Part shown: positions 38,513 through 51,959 of the stretch, piece after piece
How positions within the stretch are numbered: position 1 is the stretch's first letter
Layout: every line of letters starts with the position of its first letter
From: Azolla caroliniana
Taxonomy: Eukaryota; Plantae; Polypodiophyta
Assembly: GCA_043228905.1 (NCBI GenBank)
Contig: JBHGNT010000003.1
Location: 5,828,001-5,892,000 of the forward strand
Reading direction: 5' to 3'
DNA length: 64,000 nt
Made by a program: the position numbers and the translations under genes
Notes under the pieces: model-generated
Database searches by the model: none
Seen by the model: the letters and a program-made list of their open reading frames with translations, nothing else
What the model was told of the DNA's origin: nothing

Positions 38513-41500
38513 AGAAATGATAAAATGGGAATATTATGCTTAGTGTTCCTAATGTATATGGCCAGAATATCTGGCAATAAAGAATTACGCTAGCCCCTTA
38601 CCATACATAAGCTTCCTAGCCTTAAAAACTGACCTACCTAACTAAAATAAGTACTCAATCACTCTCATTATCTACCACCTTCAAAGAGTCAATTGGTGGT
38701 CCTTCAAACCGATTGTACTCCTATGTGCTTTATCCCCACAATATGGTTTCACAATCCCCTTACCCTTGTCCTTACCTCTTGCCTTGACTCACTTCGTTGC
38801 AATGTGCAAACGATGACTAGGAAGAATAAGATCAAGGCATTAGAAATGCATCAAGTAGTACTCCAAGAAACTTGCATTCTAGTGCAATATGCTAGATAGT
38901 GTATGATAACAACTAGGGCCCAAATGATTTATTTCCTTATGCTTGAGAAAGTGAACAAGAACTATTGATGTGATGCTTGCCAATCTACCCACAATACCAC
39001 AACACTTAACTTTGATCATGGTACACTAGTTGTTTTATCAAATAGATGGTCCTTGCTCTTTTCATGGCATGATATAGGTATACAAGTGATTCATTGGATT
39101 TGTTTACCTTTAGAACCTATACATGTCCCTTACTCTTTTCATGGCGTCGTTTTATCTCCTTAGACATATGATTTTGGGATACCCTTTTGTGGGTTGAGAT
39201 GCCTCTATTCTAGTTTTGCCTTTCTTTTTTAAGAATTTCCATTAGTGATTCCTATTTTAGGACATCAATAGAGTAAAAACGGATTAATTGAGTGCTTTTT
39301 AAAAAAGAAAGAAAGATACACCTTAGTATATTACTGGAGAAATGTACACAGAGAAAATGAATTGAGTGCTTGGTATAGTCATATACTCATTTTTGTAGCA
39401 CCATCTTTCCTCACTCTTCTTAGAGTACAGGTGGGGGCATAAGCTAGGTATGTTTCATGGTTTTACTAGAGACCATAGAACGTAACAAAAGCGTTTGTGC
39501 AAGCATACAAACGTTTGAAAATGAATGCGTTTTATTTTATTTTTCCTTTTTTATTATCAGAAATCAGCTCACTCTAGTGGTACGTTGTTGTGCTACAATT
39601 GCATATGTCTTGGGTTTGAATCCTAATTTTTCTCACCTCTCCCTCTCGCGCTCTCTTTAGTGTCATGTCATAGTAAAATTTTATGTTAGTGTCATGTTTT
39701 CTTCATATTCTCAAATATACGTTTTCTGAGTTTTTGAACGTTTGATTATAATTTATAACGACATATTTTGATTCAATCTCTATAGTTCATACTCATTTTT
39801 TTGTAAAGTTCTAAAATGAAGAAATGGATACCGTCACTAATTGTGAGATGAGAACATCGATAATTGCAAGATGAGCTCATCATCAATACAACTGTCTTTG
39901 AATTATTTGATATTTATGTTCGTGCTTTCTAATGTTTAGTAGTTAAGTAATTCCTAAGTTTTGAACTTTTAATTGTGTTGCCATTTTATTCAAATTTTCA
40001 ATCAATATATAATATAGACCATAGTCATTTTTTGAAATTCCAATATTTACTTTTTTTCCAACTTATAAATCCAATCTAAATTTGAGATGATTTACCATAC
40101 ACGTTTGATTGAATCATTCTCGAATGCGAATGCACGTATGTTACGTATGGTTCATTCTATGCTAGAGACTATATTTGAAATTAATATCCATGGGAGTAAT
40201 CCTAGACATGAAAACTTAGTGCCATTAAAAGTTGCCAAGTTTTCATAGTAGTACTAAAGATTGTTAGCCTAGGTTGTCTCGTACTAGCCATCACTGAAGA
40301 GCACCGTTTTTAGCTATAGGTACTTACATTAAGTAGTCAGTCCGAAAGGCGATGTAACTAGTCTCATTTTCTTGAACTTGATCGGAGGGAGATTCCCCGA
40401 TCTATGTTTAAGCCTCCTTGTACAGTCTCTTTGTAATAATCCTTCCTAAGTAATGGGAAAGTAGCTTCATTTTGGAAAAAAAAACTCTTGATAAGCATTG
40501 TACAAATCAACATTAGTGTTGACTAAGGCCATGGTAGCTCTATCATTGATTTGACATAGGAGGTAGAGAAGGTAGACTTTGGGTGCATAACATGACTTGT
40601 TATCGATTTCTGGGTATTATTGGTCTCATTTCAATTTAAGTGAGTGAATGTGAGTGCTAACTACATGCATCTCATTGGTATTATTTAGGTATCATTTTAT
40701 TTTGGAAGTGAAGGATGCAATGGTTGTCTCGTCTTCATTTTAGCGTTTACTAATTATAGGGTACATCCCATCAATCATAGCCAAGAAATAATTTAACCAA
40801 TTCATGATAGAACTATGGTTAGTACAAGAAGGTGTTTTGAACTTAGAATTCGTCCATGATGTATTATCTTGTTGAATTCTCAATCATGCTCTACATCATA
40901 TGCCAACAAAAAAAATTCAAATTTAGTTGACGTTGGACAATCATCCAATAATGGTTTGCCTTCTTGGTTGTGTACATTTTGCGTGTGGACTTGGAGAGAA
41001 TAGGCCTTATCATCTTTCCACATGTAAATTAAGTGCCATCGAAATTCAATAGGTAATTGACCAGCTTGTATGAAAGAACATCCTAACAAGGAGTCATTGG
41101 CTACTTGGCTCACAAGTTGTGTAATCACAAAGCAAAGATTATACTCTACTCCAATGTGGTGGTTAAACATCATGGTGCCACACAATTTTGTGTATGAGGT
41201 GATCATTTTGGGGCTATCCCATTAATGCAAAGATTCAAAGATAATGTTACTAACGCTCGATCTTATGTTTAGTATTATGCTCTTCCATCTATGTGGATAT
41301 GCATGCTAAAGTATGCATTTGAGAATCCAAATCCAAAGTACACAACATAGCTTGTTGTCAAGGGGTTCAAACAATAACATGTACTAGACTTCGGTAAGAT
41401 GATGAGTCTATGGTTACTATTGGAATTTGCGGTGGACATAGAATAGTTAGATTTTGAAAACAAACTTCCTCCATAAGATTCAAAGAGGACGTGTTTATGG

Positions 41501-41634
41501 ATCAACACACTAAGTTTGTGGAACTACGAATGTAGGGGATTTTATGTAGGCTAAACAAGAGCAAATATGGCATGAAACATGCAACCCAGTAATGACACCA
41601 AAAGTTCAACTCATTAGTAAAGTCAGAATGATTC

Positions 41635-41691
41635 TGTAAAGAATTGAGTGTAATTTTGTGCAACGAAAGGTGTGTGTATATGTATGTGTGT

Positions 41692-41743
<52 letters not shown>

Positions 41744-42030
41744 TACACGATATACAAAAAACAATAAAACTGTATTAACAAGAACAAGAATGAACCAACA
41801 ACTTTACAAAGAGAAGGAGAAGGTGCTTATGTAGTCACCTTCTCTCTAAGTTCTCTCACTAGAGCCACCTCTTACAAAAGAGGTGGAGCCTTAACTACCT
41901 ACTAAATATGTGTCATAAAACTTTAAGTTCTATGACACACTAGTTACTATACTAGGAGGTGTGGTGTTCACACACTTGAATATACTAAGGTGTGTTCCCA
42001 TGCTAGGGAAGTTGAGTTTGATTCTCAACA
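41635..42030 (-). repeat. 3' LTR of copia element (396 bp)
   Basis: TGTAAAGAAT...GATTCTCAACA. The last 106 bp match 48383-48488 with 3 mismatches. Confidence 0.92.
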
Positions 42031-45000
42031 CGCCCCTGCAAATGCAACTTTCGGTCACCGAGTAGTTGGTTCGGACTGGTCTTTGGGTCGGCTTCGAGTC
42101 AACTCCAGCTTCGGATAGCCGGCTCACTACCGTGACTGTTCTGCTCCAATTGATGTCACATCAAACGGTTCCTTACTACTCCTCAAGCTTGGCTAGTCGG
42201 TGGTCGAGAGACCTAAGTTCATCGTGAACTGCCACAACTTGTGGATACCCAAGGCCTTCATGAAGATATCGGCCGTCTGTAGGTTCGTGCTGATCTAGTG
42301 TAGGTTGACATCGCGAGCCAGGACATGATCTCGAATAAAGTGATAATGCACCTCAATGTGCTTAGTCCGAGCGTGGAATACAAGGTTGTGGACCAGGTGG
42401 ATGCTGCTCATGTTGTCACAATATAGGAGAGTCGGATCCTTGATGGGAACTCCCATATCTTTCAATATTCTTTTGAGCCAAACGGCTTCACATGCAGCGA
42501 CGGTCGCGCCCCTGTATTTAGCTTCTGTGCTCAACAGTGCGACTGTCGACTACTTCTTATTGCTCCACGATATGGCTCCGCTGTTAAGGGAGAAGACGAA
42601 TCCCTATGTTGATCGTTTATCGGCTTTGTGACGCCCAATCGACATCGATGTACCCTTTGAGTTGAGTCGGTGTGGCCGATTTGTAGAGGATGCCGAAATC
42701 CATCGTCCCACTTACATAGTGTAACACTCACTTAGCACAGTCTAGGTGAATGTTTCGTGGTGTTTGCATAAATTGGCTAAGGAGGCCGACTGGATAGCTG
42801 AGGTCGGGCCAAGTAATGGTGAGATAGATAAGGCTTCCAACTAGTTGACGATAGAAAGTCTACCCACACTCTTCTGTGCCGAAATCGGCATCTAGCCTTA
42901 GATTTTGATCGAGAGGGGTGGCGACGAGAGATTGAGGATATCGTGTCGTTAGGAGATCATGATGCCGTCTAGAGTCTGAATTACTTCTATCCCTAGAAAG
43001 TAATGGAGCTCCTTCATGTCTTTCATTTTGAATTGACCGGAGAGTATCTTTTTGATATGTTCGATATCTGCTAACTACTCTCCTCCAATGGCCAAGTCAT
43101 CCACATATATTATGATGAATAGTAGTCCTCTGGAGTCGTTCTTGATGAACAACGAATTGTTAGACTTGGACATTTTAAAGTCAATTTGATGAAGATATTG
43201 GGTTAGCTTCGAATGCCAGGCTCTAGTTGCCTACTTGAGGCCGTAGAGAGGCTTTTTGAGTCGACTTGAATCGACCACGTGTGTCTGCGCATATCCTTTT
43301 GCCACAAGCCGGGCCTTACACCGATTGACGGTGTCGTCGGCATTGTGCTTCACCTTGAATATCCATCGGCATCCGATTATCTTTTTCATGGGGTGAAGAG
43401 GGGACGAGATCCCATGTCTCGTTTTTGGAGAGTGTTTGCATCTCCTCATTCATCGCTTCTACCCATCGCGGGTCTTTCGCGACTTCGGAAAAAGTTTCCG
43501 ACTCTTGGACTGTGACCACCTTCATCATGAATGCATAATGATATGCCATGTAGTCATTATAGTCGAATCAACTGACTATGTTCTTCTCTCGGGTGGACCG
43601 ACATGGTTGTTCACTTGTCTTCGTGAATGCTTTCTTGGCTCTTGGTGCCCTTATGATAGGCACATCCAATCCACCATACTCACAGTCGAGTGGGTGAACC
43701 GATTCATTTCCATCTGAGTCTTCATACTCATGCATTTTGGCCTTCCCTTTGTTCAATTTCGGACTTGGTCGTGACATGCTATGGTTGCTCAGTGGCTCAT
43801 GTGGTCCACTCAATCTAGTTGAGATTGGACTTTCTTCTGGTGTTAGCCTTAGTCGATCATCCTCCTCTGACTCTATATCGAAATCGGTTTCGATTGGGTC
43901 TAATGGAGCTATGTCGACTATGTACCAGGATGTCGATTCGATGAATCGACATCCCTACTCACTCGTACCTTCTTGGTAGAGGGGTTGAAACACTTATACC
44001 CCTTTTGTTCGAGTGAGTACCCCACGGGGATACACTTCTCCGATTTTGGATCGAGCTTTTGTCGCTTTTCATCGGGAATGTGTACAAATGTGATAGAGCC
44101 GAATATCCTTACGTGGGATAAGTCTAACTTCTTTCCATAGAACTTCTCATGGGGGATGACATCGTGCACTTGGGATGTTGTGCAACGATTCATTAGATAG
44201 ATGGCCGTGTTCGTAGCTTTAGCCTTGTATGATTTTGAAAAATGTTTCTCGTTCATCATTACCCTTGTCACCTCAAGTATATGCCGGTTCTTTCGTTTGG
44301 CTACTCCGTTCTACTGAGGTGTGTGTCAGCAAGTAAACTCTCGTTGAATTCCTTCTTGTTGAATGTATGTTATGAAGGCATCAGAGAAATCTCCTTGCCG
44401 CCGTCCAATCGAAGGCATCGAACATGGGGAACATCCTGGTGTGCCTGGAGAAGTCGTCGATGAACATCACATAGTACCGGCAATCACCGAATGTTACAGT
44501 TTGGGTTGGTCCCCATACATCTGAATGTATTACATTACATCCAGGATCCTTTTGCTCACATTCCTCTCATTTGGGAACGATTATCGGTGTTGTTTGCCGA
44601 ACTGGCAGGCTTCACATACTCCTATAATCTCCTTCTCGATAAAGGTCAGGAGTTCAATGACGACTCCTTTTGACTGCATTCCTTTGAGCTTCTGGAGATT
44701 AATGTCGCTGATTCTTTTGCACCACAGGTCTATGTCGGCGTCAACTTTATGGCCCTTGGTAAACATTGCCGATTTCATCTTATGAGAGTCGAGGATGACC
44801 ATTCGGCCTTCTCTTTGTCCGCAGGCGATAATTCAACCTTCCTTTTCGATGAAGCACCCTCCATCGTTGAATTGAACTTGCATGCCTTGTTCCACAATCT
44901 AGCCCACCGAGACCAGATTCTTCGTTATTGTCGAACATGCAAGACATTCTTGATGTAGGTTTGGTTGCCCTCTTCGTCGAATGGAACATTGCCTCCATGT

Positions 45001-46125
45001 TGAATGGGGTGAATTGTGTCGTCCCCAGTTTCCACATAGTCGGGTCGTTCGGGCTTTCGTAGTTCTCGAAATCAATCTTCATGAGATGTCATGTGATTGG
45101 ATGCACTCGAGTCGACAAACCATACATTTTCTAAACTGGAGGTGTTGGTCGAGCATGATGCCGTCATCGTATTCGCTCTATGTTGCATCATGAACATTCT
45201 TCCACGATCGTCATAGTCGGAGTTTGAGGCATAGTTGGTGAGTTGTCTACTTGTGGAGGCCGACTCACTCTTCTTTTTGCAACACTTTGCCTCGTAGTGG
45301 CCAAATTTGCCACAATACCCGCATTGGGTAGAATTGTTTTGTCGTCTTGGTCCGGCATGATTGCTCCCCCTTCTGCCAAATGCTTTGCCTCAAGCGTTTG
45401 AAACGTTTTGCCGGGTAGTAGAAGTTGTGTTCTCGGGGATGTTTGTGGTTGTGTTGGCCTTGACCGAATCAACCTCTTCTTCCACAACTTTGTCCCCTTC
45501 CTCCAATGATCTAAGTTCGAATAGAGCATGTGCCCTTCTTGCACATTGATCCTCTTTTGGACATGATTTTCATCGACCGATAGCATTAATTGGAGATCGA
45601 AGGAGGGAGGATTCTCCCTCGCGAGAACTGCTGACCGTATGGCGTTGAACCGAGGTGCTAGGCCTCGGAGGCATATCTGCACCATTTCATCGTCGTCAAT
45701 GTTAACGTTGATCGACCCGAGGGAGTCACACAGCTCCCATGATGTGTAGTCGGCTTGTGTTTGGTTGGGTTGATTTTCTTGTGCTCCCTCGATGTAACCC
45801 CAATAGCTTTGGCCGACAAGGTATTGGTGCATCTTGTATTCCCAAGATGCAAAATTGTTTCTTTCAAGGTTCTAAGTGGGAAGAGCGTTTCCCATCGGAG
45901 TATTCATGTTAATCGATTTGTATGGAGTGAGTTTTCTTCTTCTTCTTCTTCTCTTGATACGAGTTGTGCAAGTTGCTACTATAACGTTCAGCCGGTTCTT
46001 CGTGAACGTGGGCTTAGACACATCACACATGGACGAGCTTGGATCAGGCTACCAAGCGCTCTGATACCATGTACAGAATCGAGAGTAATTCTATGTAGTG
46101 GAAGGTGTGTGTATGTGTTTGTCTG

Positions 46126-47088
46126 TGTTGGAAGACAGGTCCCTCCGGCGAAGGAAGGGAGAAGAACAGTGCCGACGAACAAACTCGGCCGAGGCCGACA
46201 GGCCGAGGCCGAAACGGTATGAACCGAATGGGGAGAACCCGACTTCGGAGAGTCGGATGGTGTAGGCCCGGTATGAACCGGATGAGGAGAACCCGACTTC
46301 GGAGAGTCGGATGGTGTAGGCCCGGTATGAACCGGATGAGGAGAACCCGACTTCGGAGAGTCGGATGGTGTAGGCCCGGTATGAACCAGATGAGGAGAAC
46401 CCGACTTCGGAGAGTCGGATGGTGTAGGCCCGGTATGAACCGGATGAGGAGTACCCGACTTCGGAGAGTCGGATGGTGTAGGCCCGGTATGAACCAGATG
46501 AGGAGAACCCGACTTCGGAGAGTCGGATGGTGTAGGCCCGGTATGAACTGGATGAGGAGTACCCGACTGCGGAGAGTCGGATGGTGTAGGTCCGATATAA
46601 ACCGGATGAGGAGTACCCGACTGCGGAGAGCCGGATGGAGCCCATCGAGGCTACATTTGTAAATAGCCGAAAAGTCATATTAGTATAAATATGACTTAGG
46701 GCAATCTTTTAGGTGTGGGTGTGCAGTCGTCGTTTTTGTTATTATTATTCTTCCTTGTTGGTGCAAGAAGAAATCAGAGCACGTAACTGTACAGAGAGAG
46801 AGAGAGAGAGATGAGGTCGTTGCCTCTGTTGTAACCGCCGCCTGTGGCAAAGATCTGAGAGCACGAGGTCGTTGCCTCAGTGATCTCACTGTTGTATATT
46901 TCTACATAGCGACAGTTTGCAGCTTGTGGGCTGCCGTGGTTTTTCCCCTATTTTGGGGTTTTCCACGTATACCTCCTGTGTACCATTTCTCCTCTTTTGT
47001 GTCGCGTTTCATTACCTGTTTTTCTGCGTATGTAAAGAATCTTGGTTGTGGCCGAGCGTCGGACAAAAGGAACGTCAAGTTCTCAACA
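46126..47088 (+). mobile_element. Solo LTR (963 bp) nested in the copia 5' LTR, 5-bp TSD GTCTG
   Basis: TGTTG...CAACA termini. GTCTG at 46121-46125 and 47089-47093. TATAAATA near 46684. Confidence 0.92.
46213..46640. repeat. 54-bp tandem repeat, about 8 copies, each with a CCGACT-N6-AGTCGG hairpin
   Basis: Units at 46213, 46267, 46321, 46375, 46429, 46483, 46537 and 46591. Confidence 0.95.
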
Positions 47089-47097
47089 GTCTGTAGT

Positions 47098-47109
<12 letters not shown>

Positions 47110-47146
<37 letters not shown>

Positions 47147-48371
47147 TTATATTATCGTCTTCGGAAGTCAAATATGACCTATAAGACCAAAAATATTACA
47201 TTTCACGTGATACGTGTGAAGGTGAGTAGCGACTCTTGATGTTCAAGAACTTTACCAATGAATGTTGCAATCTAGAGTGCACATCGTGGTTGTGAGAGAA
47301 TTTCGTCAAGGATTGGGCGCGATCGAAGAGATGTGGAAAGCATGGTCGAATATGATTAAAGGCAGAGCATTGTATCAAAGTGTGATACTCAGACTCTAGA
47401 ACTTGTTTAGGGCAAAGTGTGCATAGTCAGCCAATCTCATCACTTGTGCCCAACGCCCCGTCTCACATCTCAATGCGTGCGAGCTAAGTTGCATGGAAGC
47501 AATGGTTCGAATAGCAAATATCGGGATGGGCTCTAACATGTATCGATGTGTACGGCTTCCATGTTCTGCGAAGAATATGGTTTTGTAGTTAGGTGCAACA
47601 TTTGTAGTATAATGTGTGAAGCGTGAGCCACCACATTTCTCCCATGTCATGATAGATTGGTGTTGCAAAAAGGCCTCATTTACATAGGAATCTAGTGATG
47701 CATCATGAAGCAAGTGTCTTGCATCCCATCTACCAAACCATTTTTCTAAATCTTGCATCCAACCGGAACACAAAATTTTGCTTTTATGTGTTTTTTGGAT
47801 CTTTTGGCTTGCTTCCCATGCAATTCTAGGAAGTCGATGTGAGGGGCTTTTTTGAACCTTAAGCATGTATTCAATAACCCTTTCCATGGCCATGATCTTA
47901 ATGGGAAGCGATCTCGTCTCAAGGAGGAGGAGTGTGTAGGGCGTTTGTTTCTTAACTTGTAGAAACTTTGTAAGAAAATGTTTTTGGACATTTTCAAACT
48001 CTTTCCACGTAGATTTAGGGATGCTACCGCCCCCATACTTCCACCCCATAGAGAAGAACCAGGGTCACCAAAGTGTCAAAAAGATATTTCTTGAGGACCC
48101 AACACTTAATATCTCCAAGATTGCATGTGTTCTCAAATGCATAATATGCTCGCTTACCCGTCTCTAAGCAGCGTGTAGCACATTCATTCCATTTATGATT
48201 TGAAGGAACTTCAAGGCCAAGATATTTGAAGCTTTCCACACATTCAAGTGGCTCATTGTTGTACATAATGCATGGTTTATCTCTTTTTTGACTCTTCACA
48301 AGCATAATCTTTGTTTTAGAGCTATTGACACTTAATCTAGTATGCATGCAAATTTTTTCCAATGCCTTCAT
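47110..48371 (-). mobile_element. 5'-truncated non-LTR retrotransposon (RTEX/RTE-like ORF2 C-terminus) inserted in the LTR (GA)n
   Basis: LSVNSSKTKIM, VESFKYLG, LLYGVEVWG, LSSHALRCETGRW and the CCHC finger CTLC...EYHTLIQC. Candidate TSD AAGAGAGAGAG at 47099-47109 and 48372-48382. The clade assignment is from motif memory. Confidence 0.8.
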
Positions 48372-51300
48372 AAGAGAGAGAGAAGTTCTATGACACACTA
48401 GTTACTATACTAGGAGGTGTGGTGTTCCCACACTTGAGTATACTAAGGTGTGTTCCCACGCTAGGGAAGTTGAGTTTGATTCTCAACAGATTCCAACATA
48501 GTAATAAAAATTCATACCTATGATGAAACAATGTTATGATGATGATCTAATCTTCCTCATTTTGTTTGTGAATGATGCTATGATTGTGGAGAATTTCATG
48601 ATGGATATTTGGGCTCTCAACAAAAGAGTGATTTTTTTTATATGAAAGATCTAAAATATGTGAATCATGCCATAAGAATGTAGATATCTTGAGATAGGAA
48701 GAATCGAAGTATTCATCCATCTCAACGCAAGTACATCATTTCCATATGGATGAAGACAAGCCTCTAATTAGTCGGACACTATCAAACTACTTTAAACTTA
48801 GCAAGATGGACTACCCAAAGCTACAATCACCAAAGGGACATATGTGAAACATTAGGTATTCATTTATAGCTAGATGTTTGATGTATACCGAGGTGGGCGT
48901 TATGCCAATAAGTAGGAGTGGTAAATTAATTCATGTCAAACCTTGACAAAAAGCAGTGGTACTTTAATGGAGTGAAGAACTAAAGGTTATGCTTTAGAGT
49001 AGGTGAAATTTTTGTACTTGCATGTTTGGATTTTGGCAACTTAGGATGTATAGAAAATTCGTTGAGGATACTTATTAAATCATGGAGATTGCGGCTTTAA
49101 GAGTGCATATATGTTTCAACAATTAAAGTAGTGTTACATTGTCGTTAACAAAATGGGCAAGGGAGGCCTTCTCTCTTGGCAATGGATATGGGAAATTTCT
49201 CAAAGTTAGAAGTACAAGATTACTTCATTTGAGATTTCATTGAGAAGAGTTAAATCTCTAATGAAAGTACCTATGTCAAATAGCATCAACATGTATTATG
49301 AAGAATTTTTCCACAATTCCCTTCTCCCACTCTTGCAAATTGAAGAGGATCATGGATCTAATCAAATGGCATGCCCATAATGGTGAGATGGGGTTCCCAC
49401 ATAGTTTGAATGTAGATGTCTAACACTAAGCGTAGTTATGTTAGAGTGTAACTAACTAATTAAGCAAAACATAAGGAATTATAAACCAAAGAAAGGAAAG
49501 AGGGGAACCAAACCACTTGAGCACCTCTTAACAATGGCAGGAGATGAACCCAAACCTCCTCTATGTCTCATACCATCGAGGGTTGATGTGAGTCATACCT
49601 TGGGTTCTGTGAGAATCACAGATGCTTAACTATAAAGAGCCATAACCACATTGTCATAGTCTCAACATAAGTCAACCCTCCCGAACTAGCCTTCTTATAT
49701 AGATAGAAGCCCTAGGGGGTTAACCCTAGACCCTAGTGTGGTGAAGCGATAACACACTAAATAGTATCCGTAGAACTGAATATTACAATTCATACCATCC
49801 TTCCTTTTAGAATTAACCCATACATACTCATCATAAGATTAGGGAAAACAATGGAGAATGGTCCATCAACCAAATCCTAGTGGTCAAAACACCACCTCAT
49901 CGTACAAAAAAAGATCTCGAGCAACGATTAATGCTACAAACAAATGGCAAAGAAATCAACCCATGATCGTGGTTTCCTATTGAAGTCCATAACTAACACT
50001 TTCAATCATTTGCTCATGTATTAGATCATTATATCGAGTCACTTCACAATAAACAAAAGAATATAATACACATGGTGTTATCCCCTATATTAGGAGATGA
50101 ATTTATTTATCGATATAAATATCCTCCAACACAAGTAGTAAATATACCCCCAGATCAAGACTACGGTTACTTATAGGTGATTATCATGGGCAACTTGTTA
50201 ATTGGGGAGAAGATATCTTTTTGTGATTAGAATAAAAATAAAAAATGTCTTAGAAGGAAATTAGTAGTTGGCATAATTACCTAAATGATTCAATATGTAT
50301 ATTGTTTCTTGCACCCCCCTAAGAAAAGTAGTCCCAATCAATAACAAAGGCATTCGAAAACCTTACGTGAATGAACTAGAATCAAGACTCTCTCCAATAG
50401 GCTAATTCATTCCCTTAAGAATTAGATTCATCATAATCCAACTCAAATTAAAAAATCAAGTCTCGAGGGAGAGAAATGATTTATTGTCTATTTCCTTCAT
50501 GACATTCTGAATTCAAAATATCATTGGATAATGCATCATAAGGATCATGGAACTTTCAACAATGTTGAGGTTGCACTTAAGTACATGTGCTCTTTGAAGA
50601 AAGGCTACAATAAATCTTTGTTAGTAGAACCAAACCTAAGACCATTTCGATGAGAAATGTAAGAATCTCAGTGATGAATTTGATCAAAATATCATGCGAG
50701 TATTGTAAGAAAAAAGGGTGTATAAAGAAAATTGTTACCGAGTCTCGGGTGGAAACTAGAACTTTTCTAGCACGAGAGCAAAATGGCAAAATATTTGACT
50801 AGAAAGTTAGCTCCTTTACATGATTGAGGATCAAACTCCATTAAAGTAAACTTCCTCATTTTTTCCCAATCAATTGGTCAAGTAAATGGACGCCTAGTGC
50901 ATTATGTGTTTGATACAAGTAACTCACACAATTTTATGTTATGATCACTCAATACAAATGTTGAGACTTTCAAAAGACTAAAGTGATCACACTTTTAAAG
51001 TTCACCTAGTGAAGGGAGGAATACAATCATGAATTGTTGATTTGCATAAATTCCTATGTAGGAATACTTTATTCTCATGTGACGAATTTGAGATCAATTG
51101 ATATAATAAGGGTTATCCCTAGTTTTATAATAAAACTCCTCTTTTGTTCATCCATTGATTGGATTAACCATTCAATAACTTTTGCATCAAATAACGAATG
51201 CTATTATAGAATGTGTAAAATTCCTTCAAAATTCTTGTTTCTTTGCATCTTTAATCCAGCATTACATCTACATGATCAATCCAATGATTCAATATTATCA

Positions 51301-51959
51301 TTTTAATGTTGATATAAATCAAATTACCTTTCATGACCATACCCCATTTTAATGTTGAACTAATCTCAAAGATGTTTTCGAGAGAAATCCAGACTTATGT
51401 GTAGTGTTAAGCATGAAATAGAACTCATGCAAGGTGTTTGTTTTAGTGAGCGTTCCACCTTATGGACTTAGTTGAATTGAAGAGGATGAGACCGCAACAC
51501 AACTTAAGGATGGGCCACATTAGTCCCGGTAAATCTCCTTGGGGTGCACTGCAATTGCAAGTTATCCTGCTCAAGAAAACACAAGGAACATAACGAATGT
51601 GTATTGATTATAGCCATTTGAATAAAATGACTGACTGAACACATTTTACATGTTATGCACCTGTCGAACCTGTCAAACCATCGACAGATGATTGTCATGG
51701 TGCTTGACACTTTGCCAAAATCAATCTACAAACCATCTTGCATATAAGATAATTACCCTTGAGGAGGGTATTCCTAAAACCACATGATTTCGTAAGTGCT
51801 ATGGTCATTATGAGTTTCCATTGATCCTACCAGAAATGAATGGCACAAAAAGATGAATGAAGATCAGAGATTGAAAAATGATGAAGGTCTACCATTTTAC
51901 ATGGGAGATGAATCTGCGTTCTTCCACAAAGAGATTTCGACGATGAGAGACTGGTAAAA

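Larger units (their letters stand above)
41635..48488 (-). mobile_element. Full-length but degenerate Ty1/copia element (same family as 922-4927) with 5-bp TSD GATTC
   Basis: GATTC at 41630-41634 and 48489-48493. 3' LTR 41635-42030, PPT 42031-42040, PBS 46058-46069, and 5' LTR 46070-48488 interrupted by two insertions. Fragments of gag, INT, RT (ARLVAKGY, LYGLK) and RNase H (HARTKHIEVHYHFIR). Confidence 0.95.
40000..49300 (+). mobile_element. Very old copia relic that hosts the 41635-48488 insertion (only the flanks, about 40000-41634 and 48489-49300, belong to it)
   Basis: The left flank reads LCRLNKSKYGMKHA...QKFN up to the TSD. The right flank continues with LIFLILFVNDAMIV (YVDD-like) and RNase H-like remnants. 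Boundaries are approximate. Confidence 0.6.

Noticed and set aside
46213-46640. CRISPR array or real Arg-rich/Ser-rich protein genes
   Set aside because: Head-to-tail near-identical units with no unique spacers. The ORFs follow from a 54-bp unit inside a TSD-flanked solo LTR.
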